This document shows positions 45,827-55,295 of a stretch of DNA of 64,000 nt, one piece after another (within the stretch, counting starts at the first letter, position 1; every line of letters begins with the position of its first letter). The notes under the pieces were generated by a model. It had not been told where the DNA came from. It made no database searches and was given only the letters and a program-made list of their open reading frames with translations. A program made the translations under genes and the position numbers. The stretch lies in NCBI GenBank assembly GCA_019744845.1, contig JAIETW010000001.1:418859-482858 (forward strand), read 5' to 3'. This stretch comes from Patescibacteria group bacterium (GTDB lineage Bacteria; Patescibacteriota; Minisyncoccia; Phycocordibacterales; Phycocordibacteraceae).

Positions 45827-47236
45827 ATGATGCGCGGCTACCTCATGCTCCTTGCAATCGTGTTCGGCGCTATTTTCTTAACGGTGCTTGGCTCGCTTTC
45901 AAGTTACATCCTCACGACGAACCGCGTGCAGAATTCTGAGCAGACACAGGTACGGGCACTCGGGATCGCAGAAGCAGGTCTTGAATACTACCGTTGGTTT
46001 CTTGCGCACTATCCTGGCGATCTGACGAACGGTACCGGTGCTGCCGGACCATATGTGATTCCGTACAATGATCCCGAAGGAGGAGAGACCGGTACGATCT
46101 CTCTTGATATCGTGGGCAACACCTCCTGTGGAGAAACAACGTCTATAGAGATTCGTTCCACGGGTACCGCGTACGGAAGTCCGTCTGCCTCTCGTACCGT
46201 CTACACACGCTACGCACAACCTTCCGTCGCGCAGTATTCCTATGTATTGAATGACTCCGTATGGGCAGGTAGTGATCGTGTGATTAACGGTCCGTACCAT
46301 AGCAACGGCGGTATTCGCATGGACGGAACGGCAAACTCTTCTGTGACGAGCTCGCGCTCTACATGGAACTGCACGAGTGGGTACGGATGTAGCCCCGCAA
46401 GTTCAAGCGCATCTGGTGTGCTTGGAAATGGCCCTAACCAGGAGCTTTGGAGTTGGCCCGTGCCCCAGGTAGATTTTGCCGGTATTGCCGCAGACTTTGG
46501 ATCGTTGAAAACTCTCGCGCAGTCTGACGGTATTTACTACCCCCGCTACAGCACCACAAACAACCCCAGTGCTGCGGCGTACTGGCACGGCTACCATTTG
46601 ATATTTAATGCAAACGATACCGTCACGGTACGTCGTGTAACCTCCACCACGCAACGTACTGTAACGCCGGTAAACAGTGCAGATGATGACTGGGATCGTG
46701 CGCTGATTAATAACGAAACTAATTACGAAACACGAAACATTCCTGCGGAGTGTGGTCTCATCTTTGTAGAAGACCACGTATGGATTGAGGGCACCATTCC
46801 AAGCAAAGTGACCGTCGTTGCGGCAAACATTGTGAACGCCAACATCGCGCCAAATATTTATTTGAAAAATAACATTGTGTACGAAACGACAGACGGCACA
46901 GACGGCCTCACCGCAATTGCAGAGCACAACGTGCTCATCACTCCTGACTCGCCAAACACGATGACCTTAAACGGTATCTTTATTGCGCAGGGCGGCGCCT
47001 TTGGTCGTAACTACTATGGTGGCTCCTACGATCCTCGGGGCACCCTTACCATCCTTGGTACGACGGTCTCTAACAAACGCACCGGTACGAAGTGGTGTCT
47101 GAACAGCAGCTGTAGCTCGTATGGTGGATACGCTAACCGTATAGACTCGTATGACCGTAAGCTTGCGACCGACCCTCCTGCCTTCACTCCTATCGTGTCC
47201 ACGGACTATGAGTTCGTAGAGTGGAGAGAGGAGTAG
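45827..47236 (+). CDS. PilX-N-like minor pilin/pilus-associated protein
   Basis: N-terminal MMRGYLMLLAIVFGAIFLTVLGSLSSYILTTNRVQNSEQTQVRALGIAEAGLEY resembles the PilX N-terminal domain. 469 aa. Confidence 0.45.
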   Translation: MMRGYLMLLAIVFGAIFLTVLGSLSSYILTTNRVQNSEQTQVRALGIAEAGLEYYRWFLAHYPGDLTNGTGAAGPYVIPYNDPEGGETGTISLDIVGNTSCGETTSIEIRSTGTAYGSPSASRTVYTRYAQPSVAQYSYVLNDSVWAGSDRVINGPYHSNGGIRMDGTANSSVTSSRSTWNCTSGYGCSPASSSASGVLGNGPNQELWSWPVPQVDFAGIAADFGSLKTLAQSDGIYYPRYSTTNNPSAAAYWHGYHLIFNANDTVTVRRVTSTTQRTVTPVNSADDDWDRALINNETNYETRNIPAECGLIFVEDHVWIEGTIPSKVTVVAANIVNANIAPNIYLKNNIVYETTDGTDGLTAIAEHNVLITPDSPNTMTLNGIFIAQGGAFGRNYYGGSYDPRGTLTILGTTVSNKRTGTKWCLNSSCSSYGGYANRIDSYDRKLATDPPAFTPIVSTDYEFVEWREE

Positions 47237-48367
47237 CTATTTAATCGTCATCGGTTTCCCGTTCTGTATCGTCCGCACGACTGGTTCTGAAACAACCAGC
47301 CCATCGTCATCAACAGATAGTTCCCCGACTGCACCCTTGTGATCTCTAATGTTGTGAAGTGCATTCGTAACCTGTTCAGACGTAGGCTTCATGACTCCTT
47401 GTGCAGCGGACTCTACGCCCTTCACAAACAACATCACTGCGTCATACCCATTGGCCGCTCCAACCGTGGGCGCAGTACCATATCGTGCTTCGTACTTTGC
47501 AACGAATTCAGTTGTAGGGTCCGCGGCATTCACAAACCACATTCCTTCAAATAGTTCTGGCTGCGTCGTCCATTCAAAAGATTCAATGGACGTAAGCGGC
47601 GCCGTCACTCCAAGCTCGCGCATTTGGTGCGTAATGATTTCAAGTTCAGGGGACATAGATACCAACATGTATATGTCTGCATTTGTGGTTTTGAGTTTCG
47701 CAATCTGTGTACGCATATCTGTTTCACCTGGGTTGTACATTTCATACCCCGCAAGGGTGACATCAGAGTTTGAAATGTCCTTCTCCACTTGTGTGGCAAC
47801 AGCAAGTGTCCCTGGTTGGTTCGCCGCAATGATTGCAACAGATTGGATACCGCGCTTCTGTAGCTCCTGGATAAGAAGCTCAGATTCTTTGTACGGTGGC
47901 GTCCAATGCACAAAGTTGTATCTTCCGACCGCAACATTCTGATCAGAGGCAATTCCGTTTATATGGACAATCTTGTAGTCCTCTGCGAGCGGGCTCACGA
48001 CATTTCCTACTGGAGATCCGAAAGAGAAAATGCCATCTACTTTGTTCACTGACAAAAGCTTGCTTGCGGTAGTAGCTCCCGTCTTTGGATCAAACCGATC
48101 ATCTTCGTAGATAATCTTGTACGTGAACGTGGTGTCCTGAAGCTCGGAAAGTGCGAGCTCCATCCCGTTCTTGTATCCTTCTCCTAGAAAGGCAAGATCA
48201 CCTGAGAGGGGTAGGGTAGCGCCCATAACCACCTCCTCGGTGCTCTTTGGGGTCATGGAACTAGAGACCCAAAGCACAGTCAGTGCCACAATAACCGCGG
48301 CAGCAAGGATAAATTTTGTCGTGACGTTCATATGTAAGGTAGGTGAGTGGTGCGTTGGTAACGACAC
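47237..48367 (-). CDS. ABC transporter substrate-binding protein, Liv/branched-chain amino acid (Peripla_BP_6) family, paralog 1
   Basis: Signal/TM plus MGATLPLSGDLAFLGEGYKNGMELALSEL...YEDDRFDPKTGATTASKL. Paralogous to the 50184 and 52339 ORFs. Confidence 0.8.
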   Translation of the reverse strand: MSLPTHHSPTLHMNVTTKFILAAAVIVALTVLWVSSSMTPKSTEEVVMGATLPLSGDLAFLGEGYKNGMELALSELQDTTFTYKIIYEDDRFDPKTGATTASKLLSVNKVDGIFSFGSPVGNVVSPLAEDYKIVHINGIASDQNVAVGRYNFVHWTPPYKESELLIQELQKRGIQSVAIIAANQPGTLAVATQVEKDISNSDVTLAGYEMYNPGETDMRTQIAKLKTTNADIYMLVSMSPELEIITHQMRELGVTAPLTSIESFEWTTQPELFEGMWFVNAADPTTEFVAKYEARYGTAPTVGAANGYDAVMLFVKGVESAAQGVMKPTSEQVTNALHNIRDHKGAVGELSVDDDGLVVSEPVVRTIQNGKPMTIK

Positions 48368-48512
48368 ATTTCTACCTCATATGTCAAATTTGTTATTTAT
48401 TATTGACGGAAGATAGTGCAAAAATGCTTTATTTTATGTGTTTTATAGGTTATTTGAGTTTATTGTTCGTCTGAATTGACACTTTTTGCAGATAGCGTAG
48501 GCTTTAGGCCAT

Positions 48513-49298
48513 ATGGCAACGAGAATCCTAGAACGACTTAAGAAAGCTGGCCTCTCAGACAAGGCTGCGGTGGTCTATGAAGTGTTGCTGGAGCGTGGTG
48601 GTGCGTACCCATCCGCTATTGCGAAGGAAGCGAGATTGAACCGCAGTACGACATATAAGATTTTACTGGATCTCTCAGTGAAGGGACTCGTGACCGAAAT
48701 AAAGAAGGGGAGCAAGCTCTATTACCAAATAGAGAAACCTCAAAAGCTAGTGCGGTTTGCCAAGATGCGTGTAGAGCAGGGAAAAGAAATGCAGGCGACC
48801 GCTGAGGAGCTGCTTCCAGAACTTGAAGGACTCTACTCACTTGTTCCAAACAAACCGAAGATCACCTACTTTGAGGGGAAAGAGGGGATGCTCTCAGTAT
48901 ACGAAGATCACGTGCGGGTAGACGAGCCATACGAAATGGTGGCGTGGGCAAACACAGGACACTTGACTGAATTCTTTCCTATAGATTTCTTTAAATTCTA
49001 TAAAAAAGAAAAGGAGCGCATTGGCATTTCTGCGCGCGGTATTGTGCCTGACACCAATAAAGATAAAGCCTTTATTGAGGAGCAGTACAGCTATATAGAT
49101 AAAAAGTACTGGCCAAAGATTAAACACATCCCTGCGGCACAGTTTCCATTTAAGAGTGAGATCACGGTATACGGAAAGAATAAGGTTTCTATTCTTAACC
49201 TAGAGAATAAAAACTATAGCGGCGTGATCATCGAAGACCCCACCATTCACCAGATGATGCGAATGATGTTTGAGCTCTCCTGGAACGGCGTTACGTAG
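48513..49298 (+). CDS. TrmB-family transcriptional regulator, paralog 1
   Basis: N-terminal wHTH (VYEVLLERGGAYPSAIAKEARLNRSTTYKILLDLSVKGLV) plus C-terminal TrmB-like domain. Confidence 0.65.
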   Translation: MATRILERLKKAGLSDKAAVVYEVLLERGGAYPSAIAKEARLNRSTTYKILLDLSVKGLVTEIKKGSKLYYQIEKPQKLVRFAKMRVEQGKEMQATAEELLPELEGLYSLVPNKPKITYFEGKEGMLSVYEDHVRVDEPYEMVAWANTGHLTEFFPIDFFKFYKKEKERIGISARGIVPDTNKDKAFIEEQYSYIDKKYWPKIKHIPAAQFPFKSEITVYGKNKVSILNLENKNYSGVIIEDPTIHQMMRMMFELSWNGVT

Positions 49299-50088
49299 TT
49301 TTCTCTGGGAGAGTGCTATCTATGTACCGGAACAAGGCTTTAATCGTGTCGGCAATGCGTTGATCCGTAATGATCATTGCCCAGGGGTGGTCTTCCGCGT
49401 AGGAGACGATAAACATCTTATCGTCGTAGGCTGCGAGCTCAATGTCAAAATCAAATTCTTTTGGCAAAAACTTAGTGACACGCAATTGCTCCTTGTCGTA
49501 GACACTCATCTCTCGAGACTTTGCACTATCTACCGCAAGCGCAAGCCACTTTACTCCTGCAGATGGACGACGTTTAAGAATGTAATCTATCCAATCCATT
49601 CCCATGAGATTGTAAATCGCATGTATGCCAGTAAACCCGTACACTAATTTCTCTTTGTTTTCGCGCACCAAATCTTCGTATGCTTGTTTTATACCTTCTG
49701 ATCCATCAAAGAATCGCATCTTTGGTCTATATTGTTCCTCTTGTTCACGAATGCGCGTAATGTCTGGAATAATGTCTGCAACCTTCTTCGCATTCCGTGC
49801 AAGACGTTCTTGCGCGCGCTCTAGATAGTCCACGAGAGAGCGGGGATGAATAGACTGGAAGCGAAGCACGCCTCGTTCTTCTGACGAAGTCACAATTCCT
49901 TTTTCAGTAAGAGAGTTCAGTATGCCGTACAGGGTAGTGCGGTTAAGTCGTGTACGTCGTGCGATGTCCGAGACTCTAAGCCCTGCTTCATGCTGCAGTA
50001 GAAAAGTGAAGACCCGTATTTCTGTTTCAGAGAGTCCTGCGCCAGTAAGTGCTTCTTTGAGAGTATCTAGGGTGGTGTCCTTGGACAT
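49291..50088 (-). CDS. TrmB-family transcriptional regulator, paralog 2
   Basis: wHTH (IRVFTFLLQHEAGLRVSDIARRTRLNRTTLYGILNSLTEKGIV). Confidence 0.65.
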   Translation of the reverse strand: MSKDTTLDTLKEALTGAGLSETEIRVFTFLLQHEAGLRVSDIARRTRLNRTTLYGILNSLTEKGIVTSSEERGVLRFQSIHPRSLVDYLERAQERLARNAKKVADIIPDITRIREQEEQYRPKMRFFDGSEGIKQAYEDLVRENKEKLVYGFTGIHAIYNLMGMDWIDYILKRRPSAGVKWLALAVDSAKSREMSVYDKEQLRVTKFLPKEFDFDIELAAYDDKMFIVSYAEDHPWAMIITDQRIADTIKALFRYIDSTLPEKTT

Positions 50089-50183
50089 ACGTCGTGTTGT
50101 CGGAATGTATCAACAATATTATATGAAAAATTGACAAAATACAATGAAAGCACATACTTTCCGCTAAGTGCGACTTTATAAGT

Positions 50184-51311
50184 TTGTCGACAAATATGAA
50201 CAATAAATCATTGGTGTGGCTCGTGATTGCAGTCATTGTGATCGCGGGCGCATGGTACATGTGGAAAGGGCAGGGAAACATGGCAGACGAGACGGGCCCA
50301 ATCCGTATCGGCGCCTCACTTCCACTTTCAGGGGAGGTAGCAAGCTTCGGTGAATTCACTAAGGCAGGTATTGATCTCGCTCTTAAGGAAATCAACGATG
50401 CGGGTGGCATTAACGGCCGTACACTAGAAGTAGTGTACGAAGATGACCGCTGTTCTGAAGCGGGAAGTACCGTCTTCAACAAGCTTGTAAACATAGATAA
50501 AGTACATGCAATCATTGGCCCTGTCTGTTCACCTGCAGCAGGTCCGGGTATTCCAATTGCGGAGAAGGCAAAGATCCCAACCATTATCTGGGCATCTGCT
50601 CCAGGTCTTGCAGATCTTGGAGACTACATCTTCCGCACGTATCCATCGGACGCCTTCCAGGGGAAGGTGGGCGCAGAATACGTATACAACGAACTCGGCA
50701 AACGAAATGTCGCTGTGCTCTACACGAAGAATGACTGGGGCCAGGGCATCACTGATGTCTTCTCCAAGCGCTTCACTGAACTCGGTGGAACGATCGTCGC
50801 AGTTGAAAGTGCAAGCCAGGAAACTACTGATCTTCGCACACAGCTCACGAAGCTTCGCGATGCGAATCCTGACTTGATCTATCTTCCACTCTTCACTGCA
50901 AGTGCAACTGGCGCGGTGAAGCAGGCAAAGGATCTCGGCATTACTGTGCCGTTCTTCGGAGGTGACGTGCTCCAGGTCACCGAATTCCTCTCAGTACCTG
51001 AGTCAGAGGGTGTGATGTATACCTTCGGCAAGCTCAACGAGCCAGATGCATTCAAGGCTCGTGTGCTTGAGGTGACAGGAAAGGAATCAAACGTGTTCAG
51101 TGGTCTTGGCTATGACTCTCTTAAGATCATGGCAAAGATTATGAGCGAAGTTGGTACCGACCCTGAAGCCATCAAGAAAGAACTTGAAAAACTTCAGTAC
51201 ACGGAGGGTGTCTCACTTCCTCTCATCAGCTTTGACGAGGCAGGAGATCTCGCCACTGCAGAAGTAGAAGTCCGCATCATCCGCGGAGGAAAGTCTGAGC
51301 TTCTAAAATAA
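50184..51311 (+). CDS. ABC transporter substrate-binding protein, Liv family, paralog 2
   Basis: IRIGASLPLSGEVASFGEFTKAGIDLALKEINDAGGINGRTLEVVYEDDRC. Confidence 0.8.
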   Translation: MSTNMNNKSLVWLVIAVIVIAGAWYMWKGQGNMADETGPIRIGASLPLSGEVASFGEFTKAGIDLALKEINDAGGINGRTLEVVYEDDRCSEAGSTVFNKLVNIDKVHAIIGPVCSPAAGPGIPIAEKAKIPTIIWASAPGLADLGDYIFRTYPSDAFQGKVGAEYVYNELGKRNVAVLYTKNDWGQGITDVFSKRFTELGGTIVAVESASQETTDLRTQLTKLRDANPDLIYLPLFTASATGAVKQAKDLGITVPFFGGDVLQVTEFLSVPESEGVMYTFGKLNEPDAFKARVLEVTGKESNVFSGLGYDSLKIMAKIMSEVGTDPEAIKKELEKLQYTEGVSLPLISFDEAGDLATAEVEVRIIRGGKSELLK

Positions 51312-51325
51312 AGACTGTACAAGAC

Positions 51326-51357
51326 AAAAACCGGCTGTGTTATGCAGCCGGTTTTTT
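51326..51357. terminator. bidirectional rho-independent terminator
   Basis: AAAAACCGGCTG-TGTTATG-CAGCCGGTTTTTT. Confidence 0.75.
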
Positions 51358-52173
51358 GTTTGTATCTTTCTGACTATTCTGAACATCTAGGCGCTTTGCC
51401 TCTTCCCACGCAAGCTCATAAATCTTCTTCATCGCGTGTGCAATCTCCGCACTTTCTATAATAATGCCGAGTTTTTCTCTCCAGGAAGCAATCATTACTT
51501 TGTTGTCATAGATTTCAATATCGGGAGAGATATCAAACTTATCTTTTGGTATGACTGCCGCTTCACGCATTTCCTCTTTGTTTTTTTTCATTCGTTCAAG
51601 AGTAAGCGGTGTTTCCGGAACAATTCCACGTGCAAGAATTCCCTTCTCAGCACGCCGTTCATAGTATTTAGGAAAATAGTCACCGAGTGTACCGTGCATG
51701 TCTTCATATGCAGCGTAGGCATAGATCGGCATTGTTGCAGTTAGAGTGTCTTCATACACTTGCTTCAATCCCTCTATGCCTTCATAAAAACGAATTTGTG
51801 GTCTACTCCCCACACGATGTAGAGCGGTAAGTTCTGGAACGAGACTCCGAGCTTTATCTATATCGTCCTGTGTTTCTTTAAGACGCTTATCAAGCAGGGC
51901 GAGCAGAGAAGTTGGAGACTCAGCGACATATTCCTGTCGGGGTTCTTTTCCTGAGATGCTTACAAGCCCTTTCCCTGCCAAAGAAGAGAGGACATCATAC
52001 CCTGTCGTGCGATTTATATTTGCTTCACGAGAAACCTTAGAAACAGTACTGCGCCCTAACTCTAGGAGGGCGATATACACATTCGCTTCTTTGAGCGAAA
52101 GACCGAAAGAAAGCAGCCTTTCTACTACCGTTTTTGACTGATTTTTCATTACATTGAGTATAAAGGAGGCCAC
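51340..52173 (-). CDS. TrmB-family transcriptional regulator, paralog 3
   Basis: wHTH (ANVYIALLELGRSTVSKVSREANINRTTGYDVLSSLAGKGLV). Confidence 0.65.
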   Translation of the reverse strand: MASFILNVMKNQSKTVVERLLSFGLSLKEANVYIALLELGRSTVSKVSREANINRTTGYDVLSSLAGKGLVSISGKEPRQEYVAESPTSLLALLDKRLKETQDDIDKARSLVPELTALHRVGSRPQIRFYEGIEGLKQVYEDTLTATMPIYAYAAYEDMHGTLGDYFPKYYERRAEKGILARGIVPETPLTLERMKKNKEEMREAAVIPKDKFDISPDIEIYDNKVMIASWREKLGIIIESAEIAHAMKKIYELAWEEAKRLDVQNSQKDTNKKPAA

Positions 52174-52207
52174 ATATTTGTGTCAATAGTATTCCACACT
52201 AAAATTT

Positions 52208-52238
52208 ATATATTAAATATACGTTGTATTTAATATAT
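52208..52238. promoter_or_regulatory. 12-bp perfect inverted repeat ATATATTAAATA-N7-TATTTAATATAT in the divergent TrmB3/SBP3 control region (candidate operator)
   Basis: Read directly in the sequence. Lies between divergent genes 51340-52173 and 52339-53487. Confidence 0.4.
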
Positions 52239-52338
52239 TAAATTACATTTAACTTGACGAAATATATTGACAATAAAACAATCCAGGTGTACACATGGAT
52301 TGTTTCGTGGGCTAATAACAATTAACTAAATTACTCGT

Positions 52339-53487
52339 ATGCAGGAGGGAAAGAAGCGGAATGTTCTCACGGTAATTGTGCTCCTCATTGTTCTTATAGG
52401 CGGAGCCTGGTTCTTTGCGGGAAACTTGAAGACGTCCGTCACAGGCCCCGTGCGTATTGGAGTGATCCACCCATTTACGGGAGATGCCGCCGTATATGGC
52501 GAGCCCATGCTTCGGGTACTCAATCTCGCAGCAGAAAAAATCAACGCAGAAGGGGGTATAGATGGATACCCTATAGAGTTCGTCGTTGAGGATGGTAAGT
52601 GTGACGGAACTGCAGCAGCAAATGCTGCTCAAAAACTCGTCAACATAGACAAGGTAGAAGTGATAATCGGTGGGTTCTGCAGTGGGGAGGCTTTGGCCGC
52701 GGAGCCAATTACCACCGCTGCTGGAGTCGCTCTTTTCTCTTCAAGCGCGAGTAACCCAAAGTTGAGCGGAATCAGTCCGCTTTTTGTTCGCAACTACCCA
52801 AGTGACTCGTCACAGGGTGTGGTGCTTGCAGATGCAGCGATTGCAAACGGAATGAGAAAAATTGCAGTTTTGCAAGAGCAGACAGATTACGCAGCAGGAA
52901 TCTACGAAGTGTTTGACGCACAGATACAAGAGAACGGAGGTACGACGCATAAAGAAGAATACACAACTGACTCGTACGACTTCCGTACTTCAATAGCGAA
53001 GCTGCAGGCCGAACGACCAGATGGGCTTTTTGTGATAGCAAATAGTCCTGTATCCGCTGAACGTATATTCAAGCAGCTTAAAGAGATGGGATGGGAGTCC
53101 TCACTCCTCGTTTCAGACGTGATAGCAGGAGATCCAACTCTTGTAGCTACGCATGCTGATCTTCTTGAAGGTGCGTATGCGGCTGAGTTCGGCGTCGACG
53201 ACAACAATCCAAAGTTCCGTGAAGTAATAGACGCGTATTCTGCTAAATATATGACTGAACCTCCTTTTCAAGCATACGTACAAACGGGGTACGATGCGGT
53301 CTTTCTTATCGCTGAAGCTATCAAGGAGGTGGGGTATGACGGAGAAAAAATTGCAGCCTGGCTTCGCGATGTAGAGAGTTGGCAGGGAGCCTCAGGCACG
53401 TTGACCATAAACTCAAATGGGGATCCCGAGGTGGGACACAGACTTGAGGTAATTAAGAGCGGAAAGATAGAGGTAGTTGGAGAGTAG
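52339..53487 (+). CDS. ABC transporter substrate-binding protein, Liv family, paralog 3 (operon-linked to livHMGF)
   Basis: VRIGVIHPFTGDAAVYGEPMLRVLNLAAEKINAEGGIDGYPIEFVVEDGKC. Confidence 0.8.
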   Translation: MQEGKKRNVLTVIVLLIVLIGGAWFFAGNLKTSVTGPVRIGVIHPFTGDAAVYGEPMLRVLNLAAEKINAEGGIDGYPIEFVVEDGKCDGTAAANAAQKLVNIDKVEVIIGGFCSGEALAAEPITTAAGVALFSSSASNPKLSGISPLFVRNYPSDSSQGVVLADAAIANGMRKIAVLQEQTDYAAGIYEVFDAQIQENGGTTHKEEYTTDSYDFRTSIAKLQAERPDGLFVIANSPVSAERIFKQLKEMGWESSLLVSDVIAGDPTLVATHADLLEGAYAAEFGVDDNNPKFREVIDAYSAKYMTEPPFQAYVQTGYDAVFLIAEAIKEVGYDGEKIAAWLRDVESWQGASGTLTINSNGDPEVGHRLEVIKSGKIEVVGE

Positions 53488-53519
53488 TCAGCCCAATCAG
53501 AAAACCGGTCACCTTCGCG

Positions 53520-54425
53520 GTGGCCGGTTTCGCGTATACTAAACATCACATGGATATTGCGGCGCAGCTCACCGTAAACAGCCTCATTGCAGGATCTCTG
53601 TACGCGCTTGTGGCAATGAGCTTCAACCTCATCTTTGGCGCTACTCGCTTCTTTAACCTTGCACATGGCGCGCTTGCGACGGTAGGAGCGTATGGCACAT
53701 TTTATGTAGGAGTGGTGCTAGGGCTTCCATTGTCCGTTGCGGTCGCAGGGGGAGTGCTTACTGCCGCACTCGCAGGATACGCACTAGAACGTCTCGTGTT
53801 TCGTCCACTTCGTGCCCGCAAGGCGTCTAACCTTGTTCTTCTTATTGCGTCGCTCGGTATCCTCATTGCGGTTGAAGCCATCTTGGCAATCTTCTTTACA
53901 AGCCAGTTCAAGACGCTCTCTGTCCTTACGGGCGCTGCGCAAACTATCCATATAGGAAGTGCCGTAATCACTCACGTGCAACTTACAATGTTCGCCTCTG
54001 CGGTACTCGTGTGCGGCACGCTGTGGCTAGTATTGAGCAAAACTTCGTTTGGGCGTGCAATTCGCGCGGTATCTGATGACGCAGAGGTGGCAAAGATTGT
54101 GGGAATAAATACGAACGTGATTATTGCCGCTCTCTTCGTAATTGGGTCCGCGATTGTGGGATTGTCTGGCGTGCTCTATGGGCTTGATACGGGCATAGAG
54201 CCGCGCCTTGGGTTCATGCTTCTTCTTAAGGGAGTGATTGCTGCAATTGTAGGCGGGATCGGAAATGTGTATGGAGGATTCCTTGGGGCATTCCTTGTCG
54301 GATTCGCAGAGAACTTTGGTATTTGGTTTATCTCTGGTGAATGGAAAGAAGCAATCGCGTTCGGCCTACTGGTACTCTTCCTTGTATTCCGCCCTCAGGG
54401 AATTCTGGGAAAGAAACACACATAA
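53520..54425 (+). CDS. livH: branched-chain amino acid ABC transporter permease LivH-type (start possibly 53550)
   Basis: Polytopic. LINGLSLGSIYALVA-type N-terminus (NSLIAGSLYALVAMSFNLIFG). Confidence 0.8.
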   Translation: MAGFAYTKHHMDIAAQLTVNSLIAGSLYALVAMSFNLIFGATRFFNLAHGALATVGAYGTFYVGVVLGLPLSVAVAGGVLTAALAGYALERLVFRPLRARKASNLVLLIASLGILIAVEAILAIFFTSQFKTLSVLTGAAQTIHIGSAVITHVQLTMFASAVLVCGTLWLVLSKTSFGRAIRAVSDDAEVAKIVGINTNVIIAALFVIGSAIVGLSGVLYGLDTGIEPRLGFMLLLKGVIAAIVGGIGNVYGGFLGAFLVGFAENFGIWFISGEWKEAIAFGLLVLFLVFRPQGILGKKHT

Positions 54426-54428
54426 CGT

Positions 54429-55295
54429 ATGGAGTACTTCCTACACCTCGCAATCCTTTTTTCCATCTTCGCTATCCTTGCGATTTCTCTTCAACTTATC
54501 GTGGGCTATACGGGCTTACTATCGGTCGCACATGCTGGGTTCTACGGTATCGGAGCGTACATAGTGGCTCTCTTGCTCAAGAATGCAGGAATGAACTTCT
54601 TTCCTGCACTTCTTCTCGGAGCACTTGGAAGCATGCTTGTTGCATTTCTAATCGGCATCGTACTTTCACGCTTCCGCGATGACTATTACGCACTGGGCTC
54701 ACTTGGCTTCGGCGTTATTGCATTCTCCATACTCCTTAACTGGCAGGAGCTGACTCGCGGACCACTTGGCATTCCTGGGATTCCTCGTCCAGAACTTTTT
54801 GGGTTTGAATTTTCTTCTAATCTTTCCTATTTGCTTCTTTCTTTCATACTTCTTGGTGCGGTATATGCATTCTCACGATTTCTCACTCTCTCTTCTTTTG
54901 GTCGTGCACTTCAGGCAATACGTGAAGACGAAGAAGCGCTGTCTGTGTTTGGATATCGCACGTCGTGGTTCAAGCTCGCCGTCTTTGTTATTGGCGCAGG
55001 AATGGCGGGAATCGCCGGTGGATTGTTCGCGTCCTACATCACCTATATAGATCCAGGATCTTTCAATGTGACTGAGTCTATATTTATTCTCTCCTTAATT
55101 ATTCTTGGGGGTCTTGGCTCACTGCGAGGAGCAGTCGTTGGTGCCCTTGTGCTTATCCTGTTGCCTGAGGCGCTTCGGTTTGTGGGCTTCACACCTGATA
55201 TTGCCGCACAAATGCGCCAGGTAGTATATGGAGTTCTCCTTATTGTGCTTATGCTCTACCGTCCACAGGGCTTGATGGGGAAATACAAACTATGA
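54429..55295 (+). CDS. livM: branched-chain amino acid ABC transporter permease LivM-type
   Basis: Polytopic. GYTGLLSVAHAGFYGIGAYIVALL motif. 288 aa. Confidence 0.8.
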   Translation: MEYFLHLAILFSIFAILAISLQLIVGYTGLLSVAHAGFYGIGAYIVALLLKNAGMNFFPALLLGALGSMLVAFLIGIVLSRFRDDYYALGSLGFGVIAFSILLNWQELTRGPLGIPGIPRPELFGFEFSSNLSYLLLSFILLGAVYAFSRFLTLSSFGRALQAIREDEEALSVFGYRTSWFKLAVFVIGAGMAGIAGGLFASYITYIDPGSFNVTESIFILSLIILGGLGSLRGAVVGALVLILLPEALRFVGFTPDIAAQMRQVVYGVLLIVLMLYRPQGLMGKYKL

